The translations under genes and the position numbers were made by a program. This document shows positions 42,558-50,998 of a stretch of DNA of 64,000 nt, one piece after another. The stretch is from Gammaproteobacteria bacterium. GTDB taxonomy: Bacteria; Pseudomonadota; Gammaproteobacteria; Pseudomonadales; Pseudomonadaceae. The notes below the pieces were generated by a model that ran no database searches, was not told the DNA's origin, and saw nothing but the letters and a program-made list of their open reading frames with translations. The stretch covers positions 1,713 to 65,712 of the forward strand of contig JAHJYA010000108.1 in assembly GCA_018826895.1 (NCBI GenBank), written 5' to 3'. The first letter of the stretch is position 1, and every line of letters begins with the position of its first letter.

Positions 42558-42721
42558 CGACGCTACTCCATGTACTTTTTTGTTATGGATGGTGCGGACT
42601 ATAGCCACCGGTGAGTACTGCTTGATCCCTCGAAAGTGTGATTTGCAGGCCTCAGGCACTCTGGCTCGCACGTTTCAGGGGTGTGACCCCATCCGCTACA
42701 AGCCAAGAATGGCTGTAAAAC

Positions 42722-42749
42722 AGCAATTAGCAAGCCAAACGCTTGTTTG
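42722..42749 (-). promoter_or_regulatory. Predicted sigma54 promoter overlapping a PsrA-type box
   Basis: Minus strand TGGCTT-GCTAA-TTGCT (GG-N10-GC) at 42722-42737; CAAAC-GCTT-GTTTG at 42736-42749. Confidence 0.65.
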
Positions 42750-42787
42750 ACTGAGTAGTCATTTCGCCACCCTAGGCGCCGCTTGGT

Positions 42788-44470
42788 CTAGAGGGTGGAG
42801 AGAAACTCGCTACCAGCCGCTTGCCACTGGACGATGTCAACGCGGATACGTTTCTTGTCCAACTTGCCAACACTGGTCTTGGGAATTTCGGTAACAAGAG
42901 CGATCTGGGTGGGTATCGCCCACTTGTTGATGTGGCCCTGCTCGACGAAGGGTTTGAGGTGGTCCTTGAGCCCCTTGGCATCCAGGCTCTGACCATCGCG
43001 TAACACCAGCAGAGCAAATGGGCGCTCACCCCACTGCGGGTCGGCCACACCGACCACAGCGACTTCGCGCACGGCCGCATGGCGGCTGATCAGGTCTTCG
43101 AGATCCAGAGAGGAAATCCACTCGCCGCCGGTCTTGATCACATCCTTGATACGGTCGCGGATATCGATAAAGCCCATGCCATCGAGCGTGGCCACGTCAC
43201 CGGTGTGCAGCCAACCATGGGTCCACAGCTCCTCGCCTTTCTCCGGCTCACGAAAGTAGCCCTGGGTAAGCCAGGGCGCACGCAGTACCAACTCGCCCTG
43301 GGACTCGCCATCGGCCGGCAGCAACGTGCCGTCGGCATCCATGATCGCCGCCTCGACCAGCGGCACGGGCACGCCGGCCTTGATCCGGTAGGTGGTGCGT
43401 TCATCGTCGCTGCCAGCCATCAACTCATCATTGATATGCGCGCAGGAAATCAGCGGGCAGGTTTCCGACATGCCGTAGGCGGCCGTCAGTTGGATGCCGC
43501 GCGACTTGGCCGCGTCGTACAGCGCACGGTTGAGGGCGCTGCCACCAATGATCATTTTTAAACCCGCGAAGTCGTGCCCCTGAGCACTTGGCGCGGCCAT
43601 CAGCATCTGCAGGATGGTCGGTACACAATGAGAGAACGTGACCTTCTCCTCGCGGATCAGCCGGCACAACATGTCCGGCTCGTAACGGCCGGGATACACC
43701 TGCTTGATCCCCAGCATGGTAGCCACGTAGGGAATGCCCCAGGCATGCACGTGGAACATTGGGGTGATCGGCATGTACACATCGTTGGTACCGAGCAGAC
43801 GGACGCTGTCCAGGCTACCCAACACACTGGCTTCGGCCATGGTGTGCAGGACCAGTTGGCGGTGGGTGAAGTACACACCCTTGGGGTTACCGGTGGTGCC
43901 GGTGGTGTAGAAGGTGGTAGCAACCGAATTCTCGTCGAAGTCGGCAAACGCATAGCGTGGCTCGGCCGCAGCGAGCAACTGCTCGTACTCCCCTGCCAGG
44001 GCCGGCAGGTCTGCGGTTTTCTCGGCAGCATCGGTTAGCAGAACAGTCTTTTCCACCGTCGTCAGTTGCTCGGCGATGCCGTTGTAGAGCCCGACAAATT
44101 CGCTGTTGACCAGCACGAACTTATCCTCGGCATGGTTCATGGTGTAGAGAATCTGCTCTGGCGACAGGCGGATGTTGATGGTGTGCAGTACCGCCCCCAG
44201 CATGGGGATGGCGAACATGCATTCCAGGTAACGGTGGCTGTCCCAATCCATCACGGCCACGGTATCGCCTGCTTTTACACCAATGCTGGTGAGCACATTC
44301 GCCAGGCGCGCTACCCGCTCATTAAAGGTGGCGTAGCTGTAGCGGACCTGGTCGCGGTAGACGATTTCCCGGGTTTTCTCGTAGCGGCTACCAGACAGCA
44401 GCAGGCTCTTGATCAGCAACGGGTAGGGATGGGCATTGGCAGCGGGCGGGATGATGCGGGTCTTCAGCAT
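42788..44470 (-). CDS. Fatty acid--CoA ligase (medium-chain type)
   Basis: YTTGTTGNPKG, YGMSET, LHTGD, KTSVGK AMP-binding motifs. Confidence 0.95.
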   Translation of the reverse strand: MLKTRIIPPAANAHPYPLLIKSLLLSGSRYEKTREIVYRDQVRYSYATFNERVARLANVLTSIGVKAGDTVAVMDWDSHRYLECMFAIPMLGAVLHTINIRLSPEQILYTMNHAEDKFVLVNSEFVGLYNGIAEQLTTVEKTVLLTDAAEKTADLPALAGEYEQLLAAAEPRYAFADFDENSVATTFYTTGTTGNPKGVYFTHRQLVLHTMAEASVLGSLDSVRLLGTNDVYMPITPMFHVHAWGIPYVATMLGIKQVYPGRYEPDMLCRLIREEKVTFSHCVPTILQMLMAAPSAQGHDFAGLKMIIGGSALNRALYDAAKSRGIQLTAAYGMSETCPLISCAHINDELMAGSDDERTTYRIKAGVPVPLVEAAIMDADGTLLPADGESQGELVLRAPWLTQGYFREPEKGEELWTHGWLHTGDVATLDGMGFIDIRDRIKDVIKTGGEWISSLDLEDLISRHAAVREVAVVGVADPQWGERPFALLVLRDGQSLDAKGLKDHLKPFVEQGHINKWAIPTQIALVTEIPKTSVGKLDKKRIRVDIVQWQAAGSEFLSTL

Positions 44471-44652
44471 GGGAATGTACCTTTAGCCTATTGAATCGTG
44501 GTGCCACTCTAGAGCGCCGCGCACACCACCAAATCAGTCAAAAGAATGATTTAAAACGTGACTCTTTGGCCGTTTTTGGTCACGCGCTAGAATCCTGTCA
44601 CCGTGCCCACCACTGGCTGGCACAACATTTCACCGTTTTGGAGGTAACTGTT

Positions 44653-45828
44653 ATGTCCGATATCGTCATCGTCAGTGCCGCGCGTACACCGATGGGTGGC
44701 TTTCAGGGGGCTCTGGCCAGCATACCGGCGGTCGAGCTGGGCGCCGCCGCCATTCGTGAGGCCGTTGCTCGCGCCGGCATCGCCCCGGCTGACGTGCAGG
44801 AAGTGATCATGGGCTGCGTTTTGCCTGCTGGCCTCAAACAGGGTCCGGCGCGCCAGGCGGCACTCAACGCCGGCCTGCCGAGCGCTACAGGCTGCACTAC
44901 GATCAACAAGCTCTGCGGTTCGGGCATGAAAGCCGTGATGCTCGCCCACGACCTGCTCAAGGCAGGCACCAACCAGGTGATGGTCGCCGGCGGCATGGAA
45001 AGCATGTCCAACGCCCCCTACTTGCTGGAGAAGGCGCGCAGCGGACTGCGCATGGGCCATGGAGAGGTCAAGGACCACATGTTTCTCGATGGCCTGGAAG
45101 ACGCACGCAGCGGTCGCTTGATGGGCTCCTTCGCCCAGGAAACCGCAGACAGCCACGGCATCACCCGCGAGGCGATGGATGCCTATGCCATCGAGTCGCT
45201 CAAGCGTGCCCAGGCGGCGATGGCTGCAGGCTCGCTGGCGGCCGAGATTGTGCCGATCACGGTCAGCAGTCGTAAAGGTGAGGTCGTGGTCAAGGATGAC
45301 GAGCAACCGCTAACTGCCAACCTGGAAAAAATCCCCACGCTCAAACCGGCTTTCAGCAAGACCGGTAGCATCACCGCTGCCAATGCCAGTTCGATCTCCG
45401 ACGGCGCCTCCGCACTGCTGCTAATGAGCGCCGAAGAGGCGGCCAAGCGTGGCCTGACCCCGCTGGCGAAAATCGTCGGTCACGCGACCCAAAGCCAGGA
45501 CCCGAGCGAGTTCACCCTGGCGCCGGTCGGTGCCTTGCACAACCTGTTTCGCAAGACTGGCTGGAGCAAGGATGAGGTCGATCTGTTCGAGATCAACGAA
45601 GCCTTCGCCATGGTCACCATGCTGGCCATGCGTGAACACGGCCTGGACCACACCAAGGTGAACATCTACGGCGGCGCCTGTGCCCAGGGTCACCCGGTGG
45701 GTTCGACCGGCTCGCGGATCATCGTCACCCTGATCAACGCCTTGCGTAACACCGGCGGCAAGCGCGGCGTCGCTTCGCTGTGCATCGGTGGCGGTGAAGC
45801 CACGGCCATTGCGATCGAGCTGATGTAG
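44653..45828 (+). CDS. Acetyl-CoA C-acyltransferase (thiolase)
   Basis: NKLCGSG, NEAF, GHPVG, CIGGG; start ATG 44653 with GGAGG RBS. Confidence 0.96.
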   Translation: MSDIVIVSAARTPMGGFQGALASIPAVELGAAAIREAVARAGIAPADVQEVIMGCVLPAGLKQGPARQAALNAGLPSATGCTTINKLCGSGMKAVMLAHDLLKAGTNQVMVAGGMESMSNAPYLLEKARSGLRMGHGEVKDHMFLDGLEDARSGRLMGSFAQETADSHGITREAMDAYAIESLKRAQAAMAAGSLAAEIVPITVSSRKGEVVVKDDEQPLTANLEKIPTLKPAFSKTGSITAANASSISDGASALLLMSAEEAAKRGLTPLAKIVGHATQSQDPSEFTLAPVGALHNLFRKTGWSKDEVDLFEINEAFAMVTMLAMREHGLDHTKVNIYGGACAQGHPVGSTGSRIIVTLINALRNTGGKRGVASLCIGGGEATAIAIELM

Positions 45829-45857
45829 TCATCGACCATAGATCGTATAGCTGGCGT

Positions 45858-46487
45858 TCAGCGTAACTCGCTGAACGCCAGCTTGACGCCCAGGGCCACC
45901 AGCACCACCCCCATCAAACGATCGAACCAGTGGCCCATGCGGGCGAAACCGGCGCGCACCCGTGCCTGGCTGAACAGCAGCGCGACCAGGCAAAACCAGA
46001 CCGCGGTCGCCAGCGACAGGTACAGCCCGTAACCGGCCTGAATGGCCAGCGGGGTATGCGGGTTGATCACCACGGTAAACAGCGACAGGAAGAACAACGT
46101 GGCCTTGGGGTTCAGCCCGTTGGTCACGAAGCCGGTCACGAAGGCGGCCCTTGGCGAGCGCTGCACATGAGACGTATCCGCCAATGGCGTCTGTTCGGCA
46201 GCCGGTCGGGCGCGCAGGGCCTTGATGCCGATATACAGCAGGTAAGCCGCCGCCAGCCATTTCAGGGCATTGAACAGGACGATCGACTGCGAAACGATCA
46301 GGCCGATACCGAGCAGCGAATAGGCAACATGCACGAGGATACCAACGCCCACGCCCAGAGCGGTGAACAGCCCGGTACGCCGGCCGAAGGCCACGCTCTC
46401 GCGCACCACAATGGCAAAGTCCGGCCCTGGGCTGGCTACCGCCAACAGATGGATCAGGGCAACCGTAAAAAACTCGGTCCAGTACAT
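45858..46487 (-). CDS. LysE/RhtB family translocator
   Basis: SPGPD, AYLLYIG, LNPKA; about 6 TM helices. Confidence 0.92.
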   Translation of the reverse strand: MYWTEFFTVALIHLLAVASPGPDFAIVVRESVAFGRRTGLFTALGVGVGILVHVAYSLLGIGLIVSQSIVLFNALKWLAAAYLLYIGIKALRARPAAEQTPLADTSHVQRSPRAAFVTGFVTNGLNPKATLFFLSLFTVVINPHTPLAIQAGYGLYLSLATAVWFCLVALLFSQARVRAGFARMGHWFDRLMGVVLVALGVKLAFSELR

Positions 46488-46595
46488 AAGGGCTCCGCAC
46501 GGGCAAAGAGGGTCTGGTAGGCTCGGTCTTTATACAGGTCGCTGCCCCTGCCTGCGAGTAGCGCGTCCACCCACGCTCAGACACAGGATTTACCG

Positions 46596-47561
46596 ATGTC
46601 CCTTGCCCACCACGCGGTTTTTCTCGACCACAGTTCACTCGACCTGGGTGATCTGGACATGACGCCCCTGCAGCAGGCATTCGCCGAGCTGACCCTGCAT
46701 GCCGGCACCCAGCCAAGCGAAGTGATCGAACGCCTGCGCGGCGCCCAGGTCGCCATCACCAACAAGGTTCCACTCGATGCCGCCACCTTCGCCGCCTGCC
46801 CCGAGCTGCGCCTGGTGCTGGTGTCCGCCACCGGTACCAACAACATCGATCTCGCCGCCGCCCGCGCCCACGGCGTGGTGGTAAGCAACTGCCACGGTTA
46901 CGGCACGCCGTCAGTGGCGCAGCACACCCTGATGCTGCTGCTGGCCCTGGCCACCCGCCTACCGGATTACCAGCGCGATATTCGCGCCGGCCGTTGGCAG
47001 CAGGCCAAGCAGTTCTGCCTGCTCGACCATCCCATCGTCGAGCTTGAAGGCAAGACCCTCGGCCTGCTCGGCCACGGCGAGCTCGGTGGCGCTGTGGCGC
47101 GCCTGGCCGAGGCCTTCGGCATGCGCGTGCTGCTCGGCCAGTTGCCTGGCCGCCCGCCGCGGGCTGACCGCCTGAGCCTGGATGAACTGCTGCCCCAGGT
47201 CGATGCCCTGACCCTGCACTGCCCGCTGACAGACGACACCCGCAACCTGATCGACGCCCGCGAGCTGGCCCTGATGAAACCGGGGGCCTTCCTGATCAAT
47301 ACCGCCCGTGGCGGCCTGGTCAACGAGCAGGCCCTGGCCGATGCGTTGCGCGCCGGGCACCTCGGCGGTGCTGCCAGCGATGTCCTGACCCAAGAGCCGC
47401 CGCGCGATGGCAACCCGCTGCTGGCCGAAGATATTCCGCGCCTGATCATTACCCCGCACAGCGCCTGGGGCAGCCGCGAAGCGCGCCAGCGGATCGTCGG
47501 CCAGTTGCTGGAGAATGCTGCCGGATTCGCCAGCGGTGCGCCCTGTCGCGTTGTCAGCTAA
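46596..47561 (+). CDS. D-2-hydroxyacid dehydrogenase (glycerate dehydrogenase HprA-like)
   Basis: ATGTNNID, GHGELG, LHCPLT, INTARG, TPHSAW. Confidence 0.92.
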   Translation: MSLAHHAVFLDHSSLDLGDLDMTPLQQAFAELTLHAGTQPSEVIERLRGAQVAITNKVPLDAATFAACPELRLVLVSATGTNNIDLAAARAHGVVVSNCHGYGTPSVAQHTLMLLLALATRLPDYQRDIRAGRWQQAKQFCLLDHPIVELEGKTLGLLGHGELGGAVARLAEAFGMRVLLGQLPGRPPRADRLSLDELLPQVDALTLHCPLTDDTRNLIDARELALMKPGAFLINTARGGLVNEQALADALRAGHLGGAASDVLTQEPPRDGNPLLAEDIPRLIITPHSAWGSREARQRIVGQLLENAAGFASGAPCRVVS

Positions 47562-47588
47562 GCTGCGCGGTTTTTTCAAGGAGCATCC

Positions 47589-48587
47589 ATGGACCCGCGA
47601 AGTGAAGTGCTGCTGCGTCAGGCCGGCCTGTTCGGCGGTGAGCTATTACTCGCCGGCCTACCGGCTGATGACTTGCTCGGTCACCTGCCCCAGGCTCACG
47701 GCTGGAGCTGGCATGCTGGTGAACAGGCACAACTGGCAACACGCTTCGCCGGGCGCTGCCATTTCGGTGTAGAGCCGGGCGCCCGCACCTGCGAAGCGGC
47801 CGTACTGTTCCTACCCAAGTCGCGTGAGCTCACCGATTACCTGCTCGCCAGCCTGGCCGCACGCTTGCCAGGCGCGCTGCTCTATCTGGTCGGGGAAAAA
47901 CGTGCGGGTATCGAGCGCGCCGCCAAGCAGCTGTCCGCCTTCGGCAGCCCACGCAAACTCGACAGCGCCCGCCACTGCCAGCTTTGGCAAGTACGGGTCG
48001 ATACCCCGCCAACGGCACCAGTACTGGAAAGCCTGGCCAGGCACTACAACCTGCAGCTTAGCGATGGTGAGTTGCAGGTCGTCAGCCTGCCTGGGGTGTT
48101 CAGTCATGGCCGCCTGGATGTCGGCAGCGCCCTGCTGTTGCAGTATCTCGACGACCTGCCCAGCGGCCATCTGCTGGACTTCGGCTGTGGCGCCGGCGTC
48201 CTCGGCGCGACGCTGAAACGCCGCTACCCATCCAGCCAGGTGACCCTGCTCGATGTCGATGCTTTCGCCGTGGCCAGCAGCCGCCTGACCCTGACGGCAA
48301 ACAATCTGGAAGCCAGTGTGATCGCCGGTGACGGCATTGACGCAGCACCGTCCGGGCTCAGTGCCATTCTCAGCAATCCGCCGTTTCATCAGGGCGTGCA
48401 CACTCACTACCAAGCCACCGAACACTTGTTGCGCCAGGCACGCGCGCACCTGCTGGCACAGGGCGAATTGCGCCTGGTGGCCAACAGCTTCCTCAAATAC
48501 CCACCGCTGATCGAAACCCACCTGGGTCCATGCCAGACCCTGGCCGAGGCCAACGGCTTTCGCATCTACCGCGCTCGTGCTCGCTGA
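47589..48587 (+). CDS. rsmC: 16S rRNA m2G1207 methyltransferase
   Basis: [31 protein letters not shown]. Confidence 0.92.
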   Translation: MDPRSEVLLRQAGLFGGELLLAGLPADDLLGHLPQAHGWSWHAGEQAQLATRFAGRCHFGVEPGARTCEAAVLFLPKSRELTDYLLASLAARLPGALLYLVGEKRAGIERAAKQLSAFGSPRKLDSARHCQLWQVRVDTPPTAPVLESLARHYNLQLSDGELQVVSLPGVFSHGRLDVGSALLLQYLDDLPSGHLLDFGCGAGVLGATLKRRYPSSQVTLLDVDAFAVASSRLTLTANNLEASVIAGDGIDAAPSGLSAILSNPPFHQGVHTHYQATEHLLRQARAHLLAQGELRLVANSFLKYPPLIETHLGPCQTLAEANGFRIYRARAR

Positions 48588-48636
48588 GCAGAAAATGCTG
48601 CTTGCCCACTCAGGCGGCTTTGGGCAGAATGCGCCC

Positions 48637-48774
48637 GTCCTAGGGGAGTAGTCTCCCGCGAGCAGCCTCAAGCGCTGACTCGCCCGGTACGCGTCAACAT
48701 ACTTGGTCAGCAGACCATGGCGCGTACGACCCGAGGTCCTGCAAAAGGACCCGAGGTTTGACAAGACCTATGAC
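48637..48774 (+). ncRNA. yybP-ykoY manganese riboswitch
   Basis: P1 GTCCTAGG/CCTATGAC, GGGGAGTA, CAACATA loop, ACAAGACC; upstream of a UPF0016 exporter; promoter TTGCCC-17-CAGAAT at 48602-48630. Confidence 0.92.
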
Positions 48775-48845
48775 ACGCACACCTTACCCGGGGCGGGGAG
48801 GCTGTACGTGTCATAGCCGTGTCGACCCGCCCCCCAGGAAGCCTG

Positions 48846-49430
48846 ATGCTTGAATCCCTGTTCGTCCCCACCCTGATCGTTGCCCTGGCCGAAATCGGCG
48901 ACAAGACGCAATTGCTCGCCTTGCTGCTGGCGGCACGCTTTCGTCGCCCCTGGCCGATCATCTGGGGCATTGTGGTCGCCACCCTGGCCAACCACTTCGC
49001 CGCAGGCGCCATTGGCAACTGGGTTGCCAGTTTTTTCTCACCCGCGACCCTGAGCTGGATTCTCGCAGCCTCGTTCGTCGCGGTGGCCCTCTGGACCCTG
49101 GTGCCCGATAAGCTCGATGACGATGAAAGCTCGAAACTCAAGCGCTTCGGCCCGTTCCTCACGACATTGATTGCATTCTTCCTAGCCGAGATGGGCGACA
49201 AGACCCAGGTCGCCACGGTCATGCTCGCGGCGCAGTATCCGCACTTTGTCCTGGTGGTCATCGGTACCACGCTGGGCATGCTGATCGCCAACGTGCCCGT
49301 GGTACTGGCAGGTAACTTCGCTGCTGAAAAACTGCCGCTGACCCTGATCCGTCGCCTCGCCGCCTGCGCCTTCGCCGCCCTGGCGATCTACGCCAGCTAC
49401 CAGGCACTGCATTTCAGCGGAATAATCTGA
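48846..49430 (+). CDS. TMEM165/GDT1 (UPF0016) family, probable Mn2+ exporter
   Basis: Two E-x-G-D-K-T motifs (EIGDKTQ, EMGDKTQ); riboswitch upstream; start ATG 48846. Confidence 0.93.
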   Translation: MLESLFVPTLIVALAEIGDKTQLLALLLAARFRRPWPIIWGIVVATLANHFAAGAIGNWVASFFSPATLSWILAASFVAVALWTLVPDKLDDDESSKLKRFGPFLTTLIAFFLAEMGDKTQVATVMLAAQYPHFVLVVIGTTLGMLIANVPVVLAGNFAAEKLPLTLIRRLAACAFAALAIYASYQALHFSGII

Positions 49431-49535
49431 CAGCTAATTGACGCCGACCGATTGGCATTTCGGCCAATGATTTCGAGGCAAGCCCGAACGATAAAGTGAG
49501 CAGAAACTTGCTCACTTTCGTCACGGATACTTGTT

Positions 49536-49979
49536 ATGTCATTGGATGACCATAAGAAGCTGGTATGCCAGCACATCGATCTGACCTGGAACAAGGGCCG
49601 CATGGCCCTGGCTGATCAGTTGCACACGCGTGATTTTCTCTACAAAAGCTCATTTGTCGGCCACCCGCTCAACAACGATGGCTTCGCTCGCCTGGTGCAG
49701 AACATTCGCCTGGCCATGCCAGACCTCGAAGTGATCGTTGAAGACTGCGTGGCCGAGGGCTACAAGGTCGTGACCTGGTGCACGCTGATTGGCACCATTC
49801 AGACCCCTGCCCTCGGCTACCCACCTAGCGACAAAGTCCTCAGTATCTCCGCCATGGCGTTCTGGACGCTCACTCCGGCAAAAGAAATTCAGGAAATCTG
49901 CACCATGTTCGACATGGAAAGCTTCCGTGCCCAGCTAGGCCTGAAAACCCGGCCTCTCGCCGAGAAAGCCCTGCCCTGA
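49536..49979 (+). CDS. SnoaL-like / ester cyclase family protein
   Basis: WNKG, AMPDL..IVED.VAEG.KV pattern of NTF2-like fold. Confidence 0.75.
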   Translation: MSLDDHKKLVCQHIDLTWNKGRMALADQLHTRDFLYKSSFVGHPLNNDGFARLVQNIRLAMPDLEVIVEDCVAEGYKVVTWCTLIGTIQTPALGYPPSDKVLSISAMAFWTLTPAKEIQEICTMFDMESFRAQLGLKTRPLAEKALP

Positions 49980-49988
49980 TGCTGTAGT

Positions 49989-50810
49989 TCAACGGCTGGT
50001 ACGCGCCTGCTCGTAGAATGGCATGACCTTGGGAATGGCTGCCTGCAACGACGCAATGCGGCTGGTCGACGACGGGTGAGTGCTCATGAACTCGGGCGGT
50101 GCACCCTCGCTGGCCGAGGCCATTTTCTGCCACAGCGTAACGGCGGCATTGGGGTTGTAACCCGCCCGCGCCGCCAGCTCCAGGCCAATCAGGTCTGCCT
50201 CGTTCTCGTTACCGCGACTGTTGGGCAAAGTCAGGCTGTATTGCACCACGGTATCGGCCATCGCCATACCACTCTCGCCCAATCCCAACAGTGCCCCGGC
50301 CCCTTGCTTGGCCATCGCCACACCATAGGCCTTGGACATCGCCTCGCGGCCGTGTTCGCGTAAAGCATGGGCCATTTCATGGCCGACAATGGCGGCAATC
50401 TCATCGTCCGTGAGTTTGAGCTTGGTCATCAGGCCGCTGTAGAAAATGATTTTGCCGCCTGGGCCACAGTTGGCATTGAGCTCGGGGCTGTCGATCAGAT
50501 TGACCTCCCATTGCCACTGCGCCGCATCGGGGCGGAACACCGGCGCCTGCTTGATCAGTCGATCGGTAATCGTCTTGAGCCGCTTGGCATTGGCACTGCT
50601 GGCATCGAGCACACCCTTGCTCGATGCTTCACTCAGGGTCTGCTGGTACGACTGGGCATACATCTGGTTGACCTCAGCGGTCGACAACATGCCGAACATG
50701 TACTGCTTGCGTTCCACCCCAACTGCGCCGCCGCTGGTGGTGTTTACGGCCTGACAGGCGCTTAGCAACACTGCTGCCGCCAGGGTGCTCAAGGTCAATA
50801 CGTGTTTCAT
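49989..50810 (-). CDS. M48 family metallopeptidase lipoprotein
   Basis: Lipobox LSAC, HEMAH zinc motif, ENEAD, STHP. Confidence 0.93.
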   Translation of the reverse strand: MKHVLTLSTLAAAVLLSACQAVNTTSGGAVGVERKQYMFGMLSTAEVNQMYAQSYQQTLSEASSKGVLDASSANAKRLKTITDRLIKQAPVFRPDAAQWQWEVNLIDSPELNANCGPGGKIIFYSGLMTKLKLTDDEIAAIVGHEMAHALREHGREAMSKAYGVAMAKQGAGALLGLGESGMAMADTVVQYSLTLPNSRGNENEADLIGLELAARAGYNPNAAVTLWQKMASASEGAPPEFMSTHPSSTSRIASLQAAIPKVMPFYEQARTSR

Positions 50811-50842
50811 GTTCTATCTCCATATAAATGAACGCCGCCATT

Positions 50843-50880
50843 CTAGGGCCTGTTGACGTTTTGTTGCGAGACGCGTTGCA
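50843..50880. mobile_element. Solitary end of the same MITE family as 38641-38904
   Basis: CTAGGGCCTGTTGACGTTTTGTTGCGAGACGCGTTGC aligns without gaps to CTAGGGTCTGTTACCACTTCAGCGCAAGCCGCGTTGC; no partner end seen. Confidence 0.62.
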
Positions 50881-50998
50881 GAGTTGTAGAAAACTTGCGG
50901 TATAGCTATTGGCCAGCTTGTATCAGCGCAGGGTCATTCAGGATTTCCCACCTACCTGCCGATACAGCAATGCACCCCACCGTTTGCCGGAGCTTGCC

